This document shows, in pieces, positions 39,068 to 47,678 of a stretch of DNA of 64,000 nucleotides. Source of the stretch: Geopsychrobacteraceae bacterium (GTDB lineage Bacteria > Desulfobacterota > Desulfuromonadia > Desulfuromonadales > Geopsychrobacteraceae); assembly GCA_963662315.1 (NCBI GenBank), contig OY759353.1, forward strand, positions 832,001 to 896,000, given 5' to 3'. Each line of letters opens with the position of its first letter. The stretch's first letter is position 1. The translations under genes and the position numbers were made by a program. The notes under the pieces were generated by a model that was given only the letters and a program-made list of their open reading frames with translations, was not told where the DNA came from and did no database searches.

Positions 39068-39829
39068 TCAGACGCTTTTATGAATCAGGTGCAGTGCGGC
39101 GTAAAGATCTTTAACCCCGATCTGTCCTGGTGCCGAAGCTTTCTTTGCCGCGCCAAAGGTCAGACAGGAACCAAACACTTCACACGCCAGGCGGCTGATA
39201 ACACCCTGCCCGGCCATTGACATGGTAATCAGCGGGCGATCAGCGTACTGCTCTTTCATGATTGTCGTTGCTTCCAGCAGCATCAGCACATCCAAAGCAG
39301 ATTTTGGCATAACGGCAATTTTCGGAATATCCGCGCCCATGTCCTGCATTTTGCGCAAGCGGTAGATAATATCATCCTTGGCAGGCGTTTTAGCGAAATC
39401 GTGATTTGAACCGACCACTTTCACGTTGTTACTATGTGCCGCGGCAACAAGCTCAGTAACAATGGCGTCACCAATGAAGATCTCCACATCGATCATATCG
39501 ATATAGCCGCTGGCAGCGATATCAAGATTTAGCTGCAGATACTTTTCTGCAGACATGGCATGGTTGCCGCCCTCATTTTTAGTTCTGAAGGTAAATAGTA
39601 ACGGAACACCATTAAGCGCCGGCACCAGTTCTTTCAGACAATCGATAACCAGGGAGCTGTCCTCAACCCCGTCAAACCAGTCAACCCGCCACTCAACGAC
39701 ATCAACAGGAATATCTTTAAAACTCTTAGCTTCCTCAATGATAGCGGTTTTTGTTTCCGCAACAATAGGAACACAAATTTTCGGGACACCCTCTCCAAAG
39801 ACAACACCTTTTACACTGACAGTCTTCAT
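39068..39829 (-). CDS. aroD: Type I 3-dehydroquinate dehydratase
   Basis: DVVEWRVD, LFTFRTKNEGG, SNHDF, GADIPKIAVMP, MSMAG and SAPGQ. Confidence 0.95.
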   Translation of the reverse strand: MKTVSVKGVVFGEGVPKICVPIVAETKTAIIEEAKSFKDIPVDVVEWRVDWFDGVEDSSLVIDCLKELVPALNGVPLLFTFRTKNEGGNHAMSAEKYLQLNLDIAASGYIDMIDVEIFIGDAIVTELVAAAHSNNVKVVGSNHDFAKTPAKDDIIYRLRKMQDMGADIPKIAVMPKSALDVLMLLEATTIMKEQYADRPLITMSMAGQGVISRLACEVFGSCLTFGAAKKASAPGQIGVKDLYAALHLIHKSV

Positions 39830-40060
39830 TTATATTCTCCGGCTGGAAATAGAATAAAAGAAATGCTCTGGTGAAAAAAGACCGATCCCTGCTCACCACA
39901 TAAACAGATTTCTTTCAGGTTGTAGAAAAGCTGACCACCGCTGTCAATCAAAAACAAGAAAGGACTAAAAACTAATTGCATATAAATGCTCCCTGTTTAT
40001 ATCGATTTAATCAACTCGATTATGCTAAGTTGCTTCAATATGATTTTTCAGGAGTAACAC

Positions 40061-40498
40061 ATGGCAAAAGAAATCACTTTATTCAAACCCTCGACTGCCA
40101 AAGCCCCAAAAATTCCCTTATATAACGATTCAGTCCAAGCAGGTTTTCCAAGTCCTGCGACTGATTACCAAGCCCGATCGCTCGACCTAAATCAACTGTG
40201 TATTAAAAATCCGGTAGCAACATATTTTGTACGAGTCTCTGGAGACTCAATGATAGAAGGTGGGATATTCCCAGACGATGTCCTGGTTGTCGATAGAAGC
40301 TTAGAACCGCGAAACAATGATATTGTGATAGCCGAGATCGATGGAGAATTAATGGTCAAGAAGTTAGAACTATCCCCTACCACTCGTCGGCTTGTCGCAA
40401 TGAATAAGGACTATCCACCGGTTGAGATTCTGGAAGATTCTGATTTGGTTATTTTCGGTGTTGTCACATCATCTATCCATATGTTCAGAAAATTATGA
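40061..40498 (+). CDS. umuD: DNA polymerase V subunit UmuD
   Basis: VQAGFPSPA cleavage site, VSGDSM and VKKL; ATGA overlap with umuC. Confidence 0.93.
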   Translation: MAKEITLFKPSTAKAPKIPLYNDSVQAGFPSPATDYQARSLDLNQLCIKNPVATYFVRVSGDSMIEGGIFPDDVLVVDRSLEPRNNDIVIAEIDGELMVKKLELSPTTRRLVAMNKDYPPVEILEDSDLVIFGVVTSSIHMFRKL

Positions 40499-41757
40499 AA
40501 GTATTTGGACTGGCCGACTGCAATAATTTTTATGCAAGCTGCCAAAGATTGTTCCGACCCGACTTAATAGATAAACCCATAATCTGCGCCAGCAATAACG
40601 ATGGGTGTGCAATTGCCCGTTCCGCTGAAGCAAAAGCACTCGGTGTGAAAATGGGAGCCCCCCTTTATCAGATACAAGATCTGATAAAGAAACATGATAT
40701 CTATGTTTTCAGCCCAAATTTTGAGCTTTATGCCGACATCTCAGCAAGAGTTATGCAGTGCCTGGAAAGTTGCGTTCCAGCTACTGAGATTTATAGTATT
40801 GATGAAAGTTTTCTCGACCTTACAGGTATTTCAGATTTACTCGATTTCAGCCATACATTGAAACAGAAGGTCCAGAAGCATGTTGGAATCCCTATAAGTA
40901 TTGGCATATCATCCACAAAAACCCTTGCCAAACTCGCTAATTACGCAGCTAAGAAATACCCTATAACAGGTGGAGTCGTTGACTTGACAGACCCACAAAG
41001 GCAACGCCGCTTACTAGCGATTTGCCCGGTTTCAGAAGTTTGGGGGGTCGGCCGCAAACTGAGTAAAAAATTGCAACACATGGGAATAATGACGGCTCTT
41101 GATCTAGCAAATATGCCAACGAGGGAAGCTAAAAAAAGGTTTTCAATTGTTCTTGAAAGAACTGTCATTGAACTGAATGGAGAATCGTGTATAGAACTTG
41201 AACCGACACCCGCAACAAGGCAACAGGTTCTCTACTCACGATCTTTTGGTGAGAAAATTACGGATCTTAATACTCTTGTCCAGGCTGTCAGTGAGTTTGC
41301 ATCTCGAGCGGCAGAAAGACTAAGGAGTGAAGGACTTACAGCTGCACATATAGCAACATTTATCCGGACAAACGCTTTTGACAAAAGAGTAGAACCCTAC
41401 TCTGCTTCTGCATATACATACTTATCGCAAGCAACTTCTGATTCCCGACAGATCACCGGAGCGGCCCTTAACCTTTTACGACAGATTTACAAGGATGGTC
41501 TGCGCTATGCAAAAGCAGGAGTCATACTTTCCGAACTATCGCCTATCGGCCAGCTACAACCCACTCTTTTTTCCGATTTTGAAGATGCGGCCAAATCTGA
41601 AAACCTGATGAAGACGATAGATCAAATCAACAACAAAAATGGTACCAACACAATTTATTTCGGTAACCAAAAAAAAGAACGCGATTGGTTTATGCGTCAA
41701 GAGCACCGTTCCCCCTCCTATACAACAAATTGGGATGACATACCAACTGTTCGCTAA
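40495..41757 (+). CDS. umuC: DNA polymerase V subunit UmuC
   Basis: DCNNFYASC, SNNDGC, YSIDE, TKTLAKLAN and SPSYTTNW. Confidence 0.95.
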   Translation: MKVFGLADCNNFYASCQRLFRPDLIDKPIICASNNDGCAIARSAEAKALGVKMGAPLYQIQDLIKKHDIYVFSPNFELYADISARVMQCLESCVPATEIYSIDESFLDLTGISDLLDFSHTLKQKVQKHVGIPISIGISSTKTLAKLANYAAKKYPITGGVVDLTDPQRQRRLLAICPVSEVWGVGRKLSKKLQHMGIMTALDLANMPTREAKKRFSIVLERTVIELNGESCIELEPTPATRQQVLYSRSFGEKITDLNTLVQAVSEFASRAAERLRSEGLTAAHIATFIRTNAFDKRVEPYSASAYTYLSQATSDSRQITGAALNLLRQIYKDGLRYAKAGVILSELSPIGQLQPTLFSDFEDAAKSENLMKTIDQINNKNGTNTIYFGNQKKERDWFMRQEHRSPSYTTNWDDIPTVR

Positions 41758-41947
41758 GTAAAAATAGCTACTATAGCCACAATCTGGAGGACACGGAGCC
41801 TTACCCCAATTCGTTCTCCAAACAAAAAGACATCCGCAAACCATGTTTATTCAGCACCTTAACGCACATCAGATTCCTTCAGGCTGCCGGCCGCCGAGAG
41901 AAATTTAATTCTCTACTTTTTCCCGAAACAGAGAACGGACATGGGTT

Positions 41948-42480
41948 CGATCTGGCCCACTGGCTGGTCGACAACACCGGCTTCTTCTATGCCGTCAGCC
42001 ACTTGGCTGATTATCAGAAATCCCTCGGCCACCGAGTGCGCAAAAGCTCGGTGGCCGACTGGCTCGTCGCGATCGAGGATGCCGGGCTGATGTTCAGCGT
42101 GAACAGCTTTTCCAACTCGCCGACCCGCATCAGCATCAATCCCCGCAAGGTTTACTGCATCGACCACGCCATGGCGGCCTCAGTGAGCGCCGGGAGACGC
42201 CGGAGATCTTCTATCACAAAACCAAAACGGGCCGGGAGGTGGACCTTGTCGCGCAGCACCTAGTAATGAACGAGCCGTAATGCTGATTCAGGCCCGCGCC
42301 TCGCTGGCCGATCCCCGCGTCAAGCAGAGCGAAATGCGGTCCCTCTCTGAAGCCATGGTCGAGCTGGCGGTGGCGGAGGGGACCATCGTCACATGGGGCA
42401 CCGATGAAACCATCCCCGTGGGCTTTGGCACTATCCAGGTCGTGCCGGTCTGGCGGTTTCTGCTGGAGATGGAGCCGTAA
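41948..42480 (+). pseudogene. AAA+ ATPase / DUF4143 protein, C-terminal fragment
   Basis: Three frames: ..INPRKVYCIDH.., then IFYHKTKTGREVDLV, then ..IQVVPVWRFLL; the N-terminal ATPase half is missing. Confidence 0.75.
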
Positions 42481-42561
42481 ACTACTTGATCGGTTACTTG
42501 GTCGGTACTTGATCGCTGAGCCAGGGCATGTCGCAAGCCGTGTCGCGAGTTTGTCGCAAGC

Positions 42562-42633
42562 TCACCCCCCAAGTCACCCCCCAAGTCACCCCCCAAGTCA
42601 CCCCCCAAGTCACCCCCCAAGTCACCCCCCAAG
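42562..42633 (+). repeat. 12-bp tandem repeat (TCACCCCCCAAG)x6
   Basis: Six exact copies; encodes (TPQV)n on the plus strand. Confidence 0.95.
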
Positions 42634-42642
42634 TGGACCGTC

Positions 42643-43722
42643 TTATTCTTCCTCCGGTTTTTCATCTCCGACCGATTCGATCTGCTTCACCATCCGGTCG
42701 AAATCGCTTTCAAACAGCCGGTCCTGCACGATGCGGTATTTTTCGTATTCGCTCTCGGCATGGGTCTTGGCCAGCTCGGCCGATACCTTTCCCGCGTCCT
42801 GAAGAATCTCCCGGTCCCAGAGTTTCAGGAATCCCGCCAACCGTTTTTCCCAGTCTTCCATGGTCATGGGGATTTTGCGCATGGCCTGAAGCTCGGCCAT
42901 ATCGAGGTAGGAGGAGACGATGCGCTGCATCTGCGCCAGTTCGAACTCGGAGAGATAGTTCTTGGCGATGGCGACATCGTATCGATGGATTTTCCCGTGG
43001 GGCGCACCTTCCCAATGGGTCAGCCCCATGTTGTCCTTACGGTGATCGGCGCGGTCCACAATGACCTCCGCCGCCGTCTGGCCGTGAATGGCATAGTGCA
43101 TCTTGTTCTGCACGGCGGCGAAAAACCGCTTGGTGGCCGTGGCGGTTGGGTCGTAATCGAGCGCGGTGGCATAGATGTCGGTGATCTTCTGGTAGAACTT
43201 GCGCTCGGATAGCCGGATCTCCCGGATTTTTTCCAGTTGGCGCTCAAAGAACTCATCGGTCAGGTTACCGCCGCGTTTGAGGCGCTCCACATCCATGGTC
43301 CAGCCCTGGATGGTGTAGTCCTTAACGATCTGGTTGGCCCATTTGCGAAACTGCACCGCCCGCTCATTCTCGATCTTGAAACCGACGGCGATGATGGCCT
43401 GGAGGTTGTAGTGCTTGACCCGGTAGTTCTTGCCGTCGGCGGCAGTTGTTAAGTACTGCTTAATAACTGCTCCTTCTTCGAGTTCATTGTCGGCGAAAAT
43501 GCGCTTCAGGTGCTGGTTGATGGCGGGCACCGAGACATCGTAGAGGGTCGCCATCATCTTCTGGGTCAGCCAGATATTTTCATCCTCGTAGCGCATTTCC
43601 ACGCTGGCTTCCGATCCTCCCCCAGCGGCGACAAAGGTCAGATATTCGGCGGCAGAAGAGCGAACAATGGCCATTTCTTTTTTATGAGGCTTCCGCATTT
43701 CCTTTGCCTTATCTTTTTTCAT
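42643..43722 (-). CDS. RhuM family protein
   Basis: SSAAEYLTF, IWLTQKMMA.LY, YNLQAIIAVG, QFRKWA, IRLSERKFYQK, QNKMH and IAKNYL. Confidence 0.88.
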   Translation of the reverse strand: MKKDKAKEMRKPHKKEMAIVRSSAAEYLTFVAAGGGSEASVEMRYEDENIWLTQKMMATLYDVSVPAINQHLKRIFADNELEEGAVIKQYLTTAADGKNYRVKHYNLQAIIAVGFKIENERAVQFRKWANQIVKDYTIQGWTMDVERLKRGGNLTDEFFERQLEKIREIRLSERKFYQKITDIYATALDYDPTATATKRFFAAVQNKMHYAIHGQTAAEVIVDRADHRKDNMGLTHWEGAPHGKIHRYDVAIAKNYLSEFELAQMQRIVSSYLDMAELQAMRKIPMTMEDWEKRLAGFLKLWDREILQDAGKVSAELAKTHAESEYEKYRIVQDRLFESDFDRMVKQIESVGDEKPEEE

Positions 43723-44308
43723 TCAATCCCTCCCCAGCTCTGATATCTGTCCCGAGACCAGCGGAGGTATTTCATCAACTCCCAGTCGACCAATTCGGGA
43801 TCAAATCGCTCACTGTCAAAGTTGCCACCGGACCATTCTGTATAGCTTTCATGTTCCTCGTGGTTCGGGTCTTTCAGTGCATTTAAGAATTCAAAGTAAC
43901 CGGGCACGCCGCCCACATCTTCTGGCGGGCAGGCTCGCTGACCATCCAGGCAAGCCAGTTCAGTTCTCAGTTCAGGATTGAAATATCGGCTTTCCTCAAG
44001 AACAAGTTCATGTTCCCAGCCGTCGCCAAAATCATACAGATAATGGAAGGTGCGGCCTTTCTGTTTGACCAGATCCGCGAGACGATTCCTGCACATGCCA
44101 GCCCGTCCTCCTTTGATTCCGGATATTCTGTGTATCGTTTATTCCCGATGGAGAACTCGTGAAGATGGCTGTCGGTCCAACCCATGACAATCTGGATGAC
44201 GTCGTGCAGCCGGTCCAGCGTGATGCTGGCGGGCACGACAAAGCGCCGCCAGATTGATGACTCGATGTCAAGCAGCTGTATTTTCATCAGATAAAATCGT
44301 TCGTTCAT
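43719..44308 (-). pseudogene. Plasmid pRiA4b ORF-3 family protein, frameshifted
   Basis: IWRRFVVP..LDRLH..MGW..SHLHEF in one frame, YLYDFGDGWEH..ACPPED.GG in another; shift at about 44092. Confidence 0.8.
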
Positions 44309-44706
44309 TACTTGCACTCTCCTAAATATTTTTCAAACCTGCGACACATACGCTCGAAGGCTTTCAGTTCGGCCTGGGTCATCTGGTCATAATGGTCGGA
44401 CGGGATACCGTCATCAGCGACCGATTCGCGCAGCTTCTCCAGCGGATCGTCCTGATACTCCTCGTACAGTGAAACCTCTCGGATGATAGTGCCGCCAAGC
44501 GACCAGAGGTGGTCGCGATACTGGGCGAAGGTCTTTCGGGATAATCCCTCGTCATAAAGCGCCTGCAGAAAACCGGCAAACCAGGGCAACAGCTTCTTGC
44601 CGTAGGTGAGATCTTCCGCAACGCCCATCCAGCTCTTCGGCCACCTGTCGAAATCCGGTGCCCAAGCGCGAAAACTCACCGCTTCACTGTTCCTGTCGGC
44701 ACTCAT
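44308..44706 (-). CDS. Hypothetical protein (132 aa)
   Basis: ATGA-coupled upstream and TAATG-coupled downstream; WPKSWMG, GLSRKT..YRDHLW. Confidence 0.65.
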   Translation of the reverse strand: MSADRNSEAVSFRAWAPDFDRWPKSWMGVAEDLTYGKKLLPWFAGFLQALYDEGLSRKTFAQYRDHLWSLGGTIIREVSLYEEYQDDPLEKLRESVADDGIPSDHYDQMTQAELKAFERMCRRFEKYLGECK

Positions 44707-45854
44707 TTGACTCGCCATAATCCCGCTTTGACCAGACGTTGCACCAGGGCTCGGCGGCGCGAGTGTTCGGCCATATACTTCTGAAATTCCTTTTGGAACA
44801 CTGCCAAGGTGGCATGCTGGCTGTAGGCATCGCGCAGAGCGACCAGTTGGCGGCACGCTGCGTCATAAGCATGGGCATGGCCCTTGTTGGCGTCTTCATG
44901 GGCAGATTTCCAGGCCCGGGGAAAATCGGCCGCCAGCTTGGCGAGCCAGCCATCCCGCTGCCTCTTGCGCTCTGCCTCGGCCTGGCGACGGGCCTTGGCC
45001 TCTTCGATCAGCCGCAGGGCTTTGGCCTGCTCGGCCAGCTGCCACAAATCGGCGACGGAGCGCCGCACTCCTTGGGTCGGCGCAGACTGCTCCTGCCAGG
45101 CGGCATGCCGTCGTTTCAAAGCCCGTTCGGCGCTTGCCCCCTGCCCATCCAGCATCTGCCGAAGGTAACCCCTGACTTCGGTCCTCGGAAGATTGTCGAG
45201 CCAGGCATCGAGTGCCGCGTCATCCGCTGCGTCTGCTTGATTTGTTTGACTCCCGCTGCCCACCCCGGTCAACAGGTCGATGTCGACTTCAAGAAATTCC
45301 GCCAGCGCCTGTTGCGCAGCTGTCAGATTATTCAACCCGTGTAACGCTAAGGGCTCCAGTTCATCCGGATCGGTTTCCTCGGTCGTTACGGCACGCAACC
45401 AGCCGATATATAGACTGCGCAGATCACCGCGCAGCAGTTCCTCCCGCAAAGGTGCAAGACGGGTCATCAGGCCGGGTCCTTCATCGACATAACCGAAGCG
45501 GTCGTAGTCCTCCGTTTCACCGAGGGACCAGGTCAACAGCCAGTGCTCCGGCAACTTCTCAAATTCCAGATGGGGGCTGGAACAAAAGGCCTTGAGCGTC
45601 TTCTGGTCGATGACCTCTTTGGGCAAGCGCACCATGAAGACGGCATCTCCCCAGTTGGCGATAAACACATGGACATCGAAAAATCGCCGCATGAAATCGC
45701 GAGGATCGGCCTTCAGTCCGCCCCAGCTGTATTCATTGATGAAGCTGACCGGAGTGATTTGCGCCCGGGTGGAAATCCCCCGTAGGTGGTCTATCTCCCG
45801 AGCCGTCAATGGACGGTCGATGGCAAGAAATTCTAGGTACTGATATTCGCTCAC
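44703..45854 (-). CDS. Conserved hypothetical protein (MSEYQY.EFLAIDRPL type)
   Basis: 383-aa ORF with GTG start behind GAGGT; coiled-coil-like C-terminal half. Confidence 0.75.
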   Translation of the reverse strand: MSEYQYLEFLAIDRPLTAREIDHLRGISTRAQITPVSFINEYSWGGLKADPRDFMRRFFDVHVFIANWGDAVFMVRLPKEVIDQKTLKAFCSSPHLEFEKLPEHWLLTWSLGETEDYDRFGYVDEGPGLMTRLAPLREELLRGDLRSLYIGWLRAVTTEETDPDELEPLALHGLNNLTAAQQALAEFLEVDIDLLTGVGSGSQTNQADAADDAALDAWLDNLPRTEVRGYLRQMLDGQGASAERALKRRHAAWQEQSAPTQGVRRSVADLWQLAEQAKALRLIEEAKARRQAEAERKRQRDGWLAKLAADFPRAWKSAHEDANKGHAHAYDAACRQLVALRDAYSQHATLAVFQKEFQKYMAEHSRRRALVQRLVKAGLWRVK

Positions 45855-45863
45855 CGGTACACC

Positions 45864-46196
45864 TCACACAGATTTTGTGGCCCGAAAGGCCGAGTCGTCA
45901 GCCAGATGCAGATAGACGCGGCCGTTCAGCTCGCCATTTTCATTAACTGCCCAACCGCGACCGCTGACCAGATCGTTTTCCACCTGCCCGGACCAGGAGA
46001 AATCGAAACGTAGAGCATTACCGCATTGCTCCACCCGGCCATCGATGTCCCCGGAGACCAGGCCGAACTGAAACCGTCCGGTGCCATCTGAGCCAATGCT
46101 GATAAATCCCGGCACCTCCATGTCGACATAATCCTGATCCCAGACTTCCATCTCGACGATGCGCCATTTTCCGATAAACGGTTTCATCTGCTTCAT
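45864..46196 (-). CDS. Hypothetical beta-rich protein
   Basis: MKQMKPFIGKWRIVEMEVWD..; start ATG 46196 behind AGAAAGG. Confidence 0.65.
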   Translation of the reverse strand: MKQMKPFIGKWRIVEMEVWDQDYVDMEVPGFISIGSDGTGRFQFGLVSGDIDGRVEQCGNALRFDFSWSGQVENDLVSGRGWAVNENGELNGRVYLHLADDSAFRATKSV

Positions 46197-46234
46197 AGGA
46201 TGCCTTTCTGTTCCCTCACTCTGGCCCACCAATG

Positions 46235-46294
46235 TGTCACAGCCATTGTCATAGCGTTGTCACAGCTCGATGTCTCAAGTTTTGTCGCGAGTTA
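46235..46294 (+). repeat. Degenerate TGTC-N7-9 direct-repeat array
   Basis: TGTC at 46235, 46247, 46258, 46271 and 46283. Confidence 0.55.
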
Positions 46295-47293
46295 TCCAAC
46301 GCCGTGCCGGGCCATCACTTGACGGCCCTTGTCGGTCAGTCGGTATCTCTGTTTGCTGCTACGCGGCTTGTCGGGGATAGTCATTTCAATCAGTTCGACA
46401 TCCAGAGCCGGGAGCAGATAGGCCTTGCGAAAATGTTCATCGTCTTTAAGCCCGAGCGCCTCTTTGAGCTGTTGCCGAGTCATCTCTCCGGCAACAACTG
46501 AGACCAGTCAGACTTCCGGGGTGACTTCCGGGGTCGAACTGGTCACAGTATCCAAAATCATCCGCAGTATGAAGGCGATAAACGGAGCGGAATCGCTCTT
46601 TTGGGTGCTTTCCTGAATAGATTGGTAGTACTCGGCCTGGTTCTCGAAGATCAGGCTTTCCACCGAGATGTCTGCAAACAGGGGATTCCAGCGGGCCAGG
46701 ATCAGGCTCTGCCACATCCGCCCCAAGCGACCGTTGCCGTCGGCGAAGGGGTGGATGAATTCAAACTCGTAGTGAAAGACCGAACTGGCGATGAGCGGAT
46801 GGGCATCGGTTGCGGTCAGCCAGGTGAACAGGTCGGCCATCAGATGCGGCACCCGGTCGGCGGGCGGGGCCATGTGGATCACCTGGCTTCCTGCCACTAC
46901 TTCCACGCCGCCATGCCGATAAAGCCCTGCCTCGTCGATCAGGCCGGACATTAGAAGCCGGTGCGCCTCCAGCAAGTCCTTTTCCACACCGGGCTTCCAG
47001 GTGTCAAAACGGTCGTAAGCGGTCAGGGCGTTTTTCACCTCCTGCACCTCGCGGGGCGGGGCGATGACCCGCTTGCCCTCCAGAATCGCGGTGATCTGCG
47101 CCTCGCTCAGGGTGTTGCCTTCGATGGCCAACGAGCCGTGGATGGTGCGGATGCGGTTGATGCGCCGCAGCCGCAAGGCTCTCGCCTGGTCGATGAGTAC
47201 GGCCAGCCGCCCGATGGCCTCGCTGATCGCAGCGACCCGGTTCAGGATCTCGGGGGTAATAGTGTAGGGCGGCTGGTAGGTGGATTTCGTCAT
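46292..47293 (-). pseudogene. Fic family protein with C-terminal HTH, split by an in-frame TGA at 46508-46510
   Basis: SLAIEGN and HPFADGNGRLGR; after the TGA the same frame continues LVSVVAGEMTRQQL..YLLPAL..IEMTIPDKPRSSKQRYRLT. Confidence 0.8.
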
Positions 47294-47300
47294 GCCGCCC

Positions 47301-47678
47301 TCACAGGTACTTTTTCATCACCGCCTCTTTGCGGGCGGGTGCGGCGTCGATGACGACCTGGGCCTCGGCGATCTGTTTTTCCAGGGCCTCGACCTTGACG
47401 ACGAATTTCTTCTGTTCGGCCAGGGAAGGCACCGGCACCTTGATGTTTTTCATGAAAGTTGCGTTGATGTTGGACTGGTTGATCGACTTTGAAGCCTTGC
47501 CTTTGGCTTCAGCTTGATAAACCGGAGAATTCATCATCTTGACCAGAAACAGCGGCAGTATCTTGCTGGTGTCGGGCACCACGCGCACCAGATAGGAGGC
47601 AAAACAGTAGTCGCCGTCCTTGTTCTTGGCAAAACCAAGGGACTCCAGCAGCGCGACGAAATTGTCCTGAGTGATCAT
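47301..47678 (-). pseudogene. In-frame collapsed type IIG restriction-modification gene (N-terminus fused to TRD tail)
   Basis: MITQDNFVALLESLGFAKNK joined to FASYLVRV..QSNIN..IKVPVPSLAEQKKFV (HsdS-like end). Confidence 0.7.

Noticed and set aside
39918..39936. GGTT..ACC as a Geobacter-type LexA box upstream of umuD
   Set aside because: Spacing and internal bases do not fit GGTT-N2-C-N4-G-N3-ACC
42562..42633. Possible CRISPR array
   Set aside because: Contiguous 12-bp units with no spacers and no cas genes; it is a simple tandem repeat
42288..43064. ORFs 42288-42665(-), 42404-42802(+) and 42528-43064(+)
   Set aside because: They stay open because of the stop-free repeat and overlap rhuM or the ATPase remnant; no protein-like content beyond the repeat
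46484..46510. Selenocysteine recoding of the Fic in-frame TGA
   Set aside because: The codon lies in a linker, not at a Cys-like site, and no convincing SECIS hairpin follows
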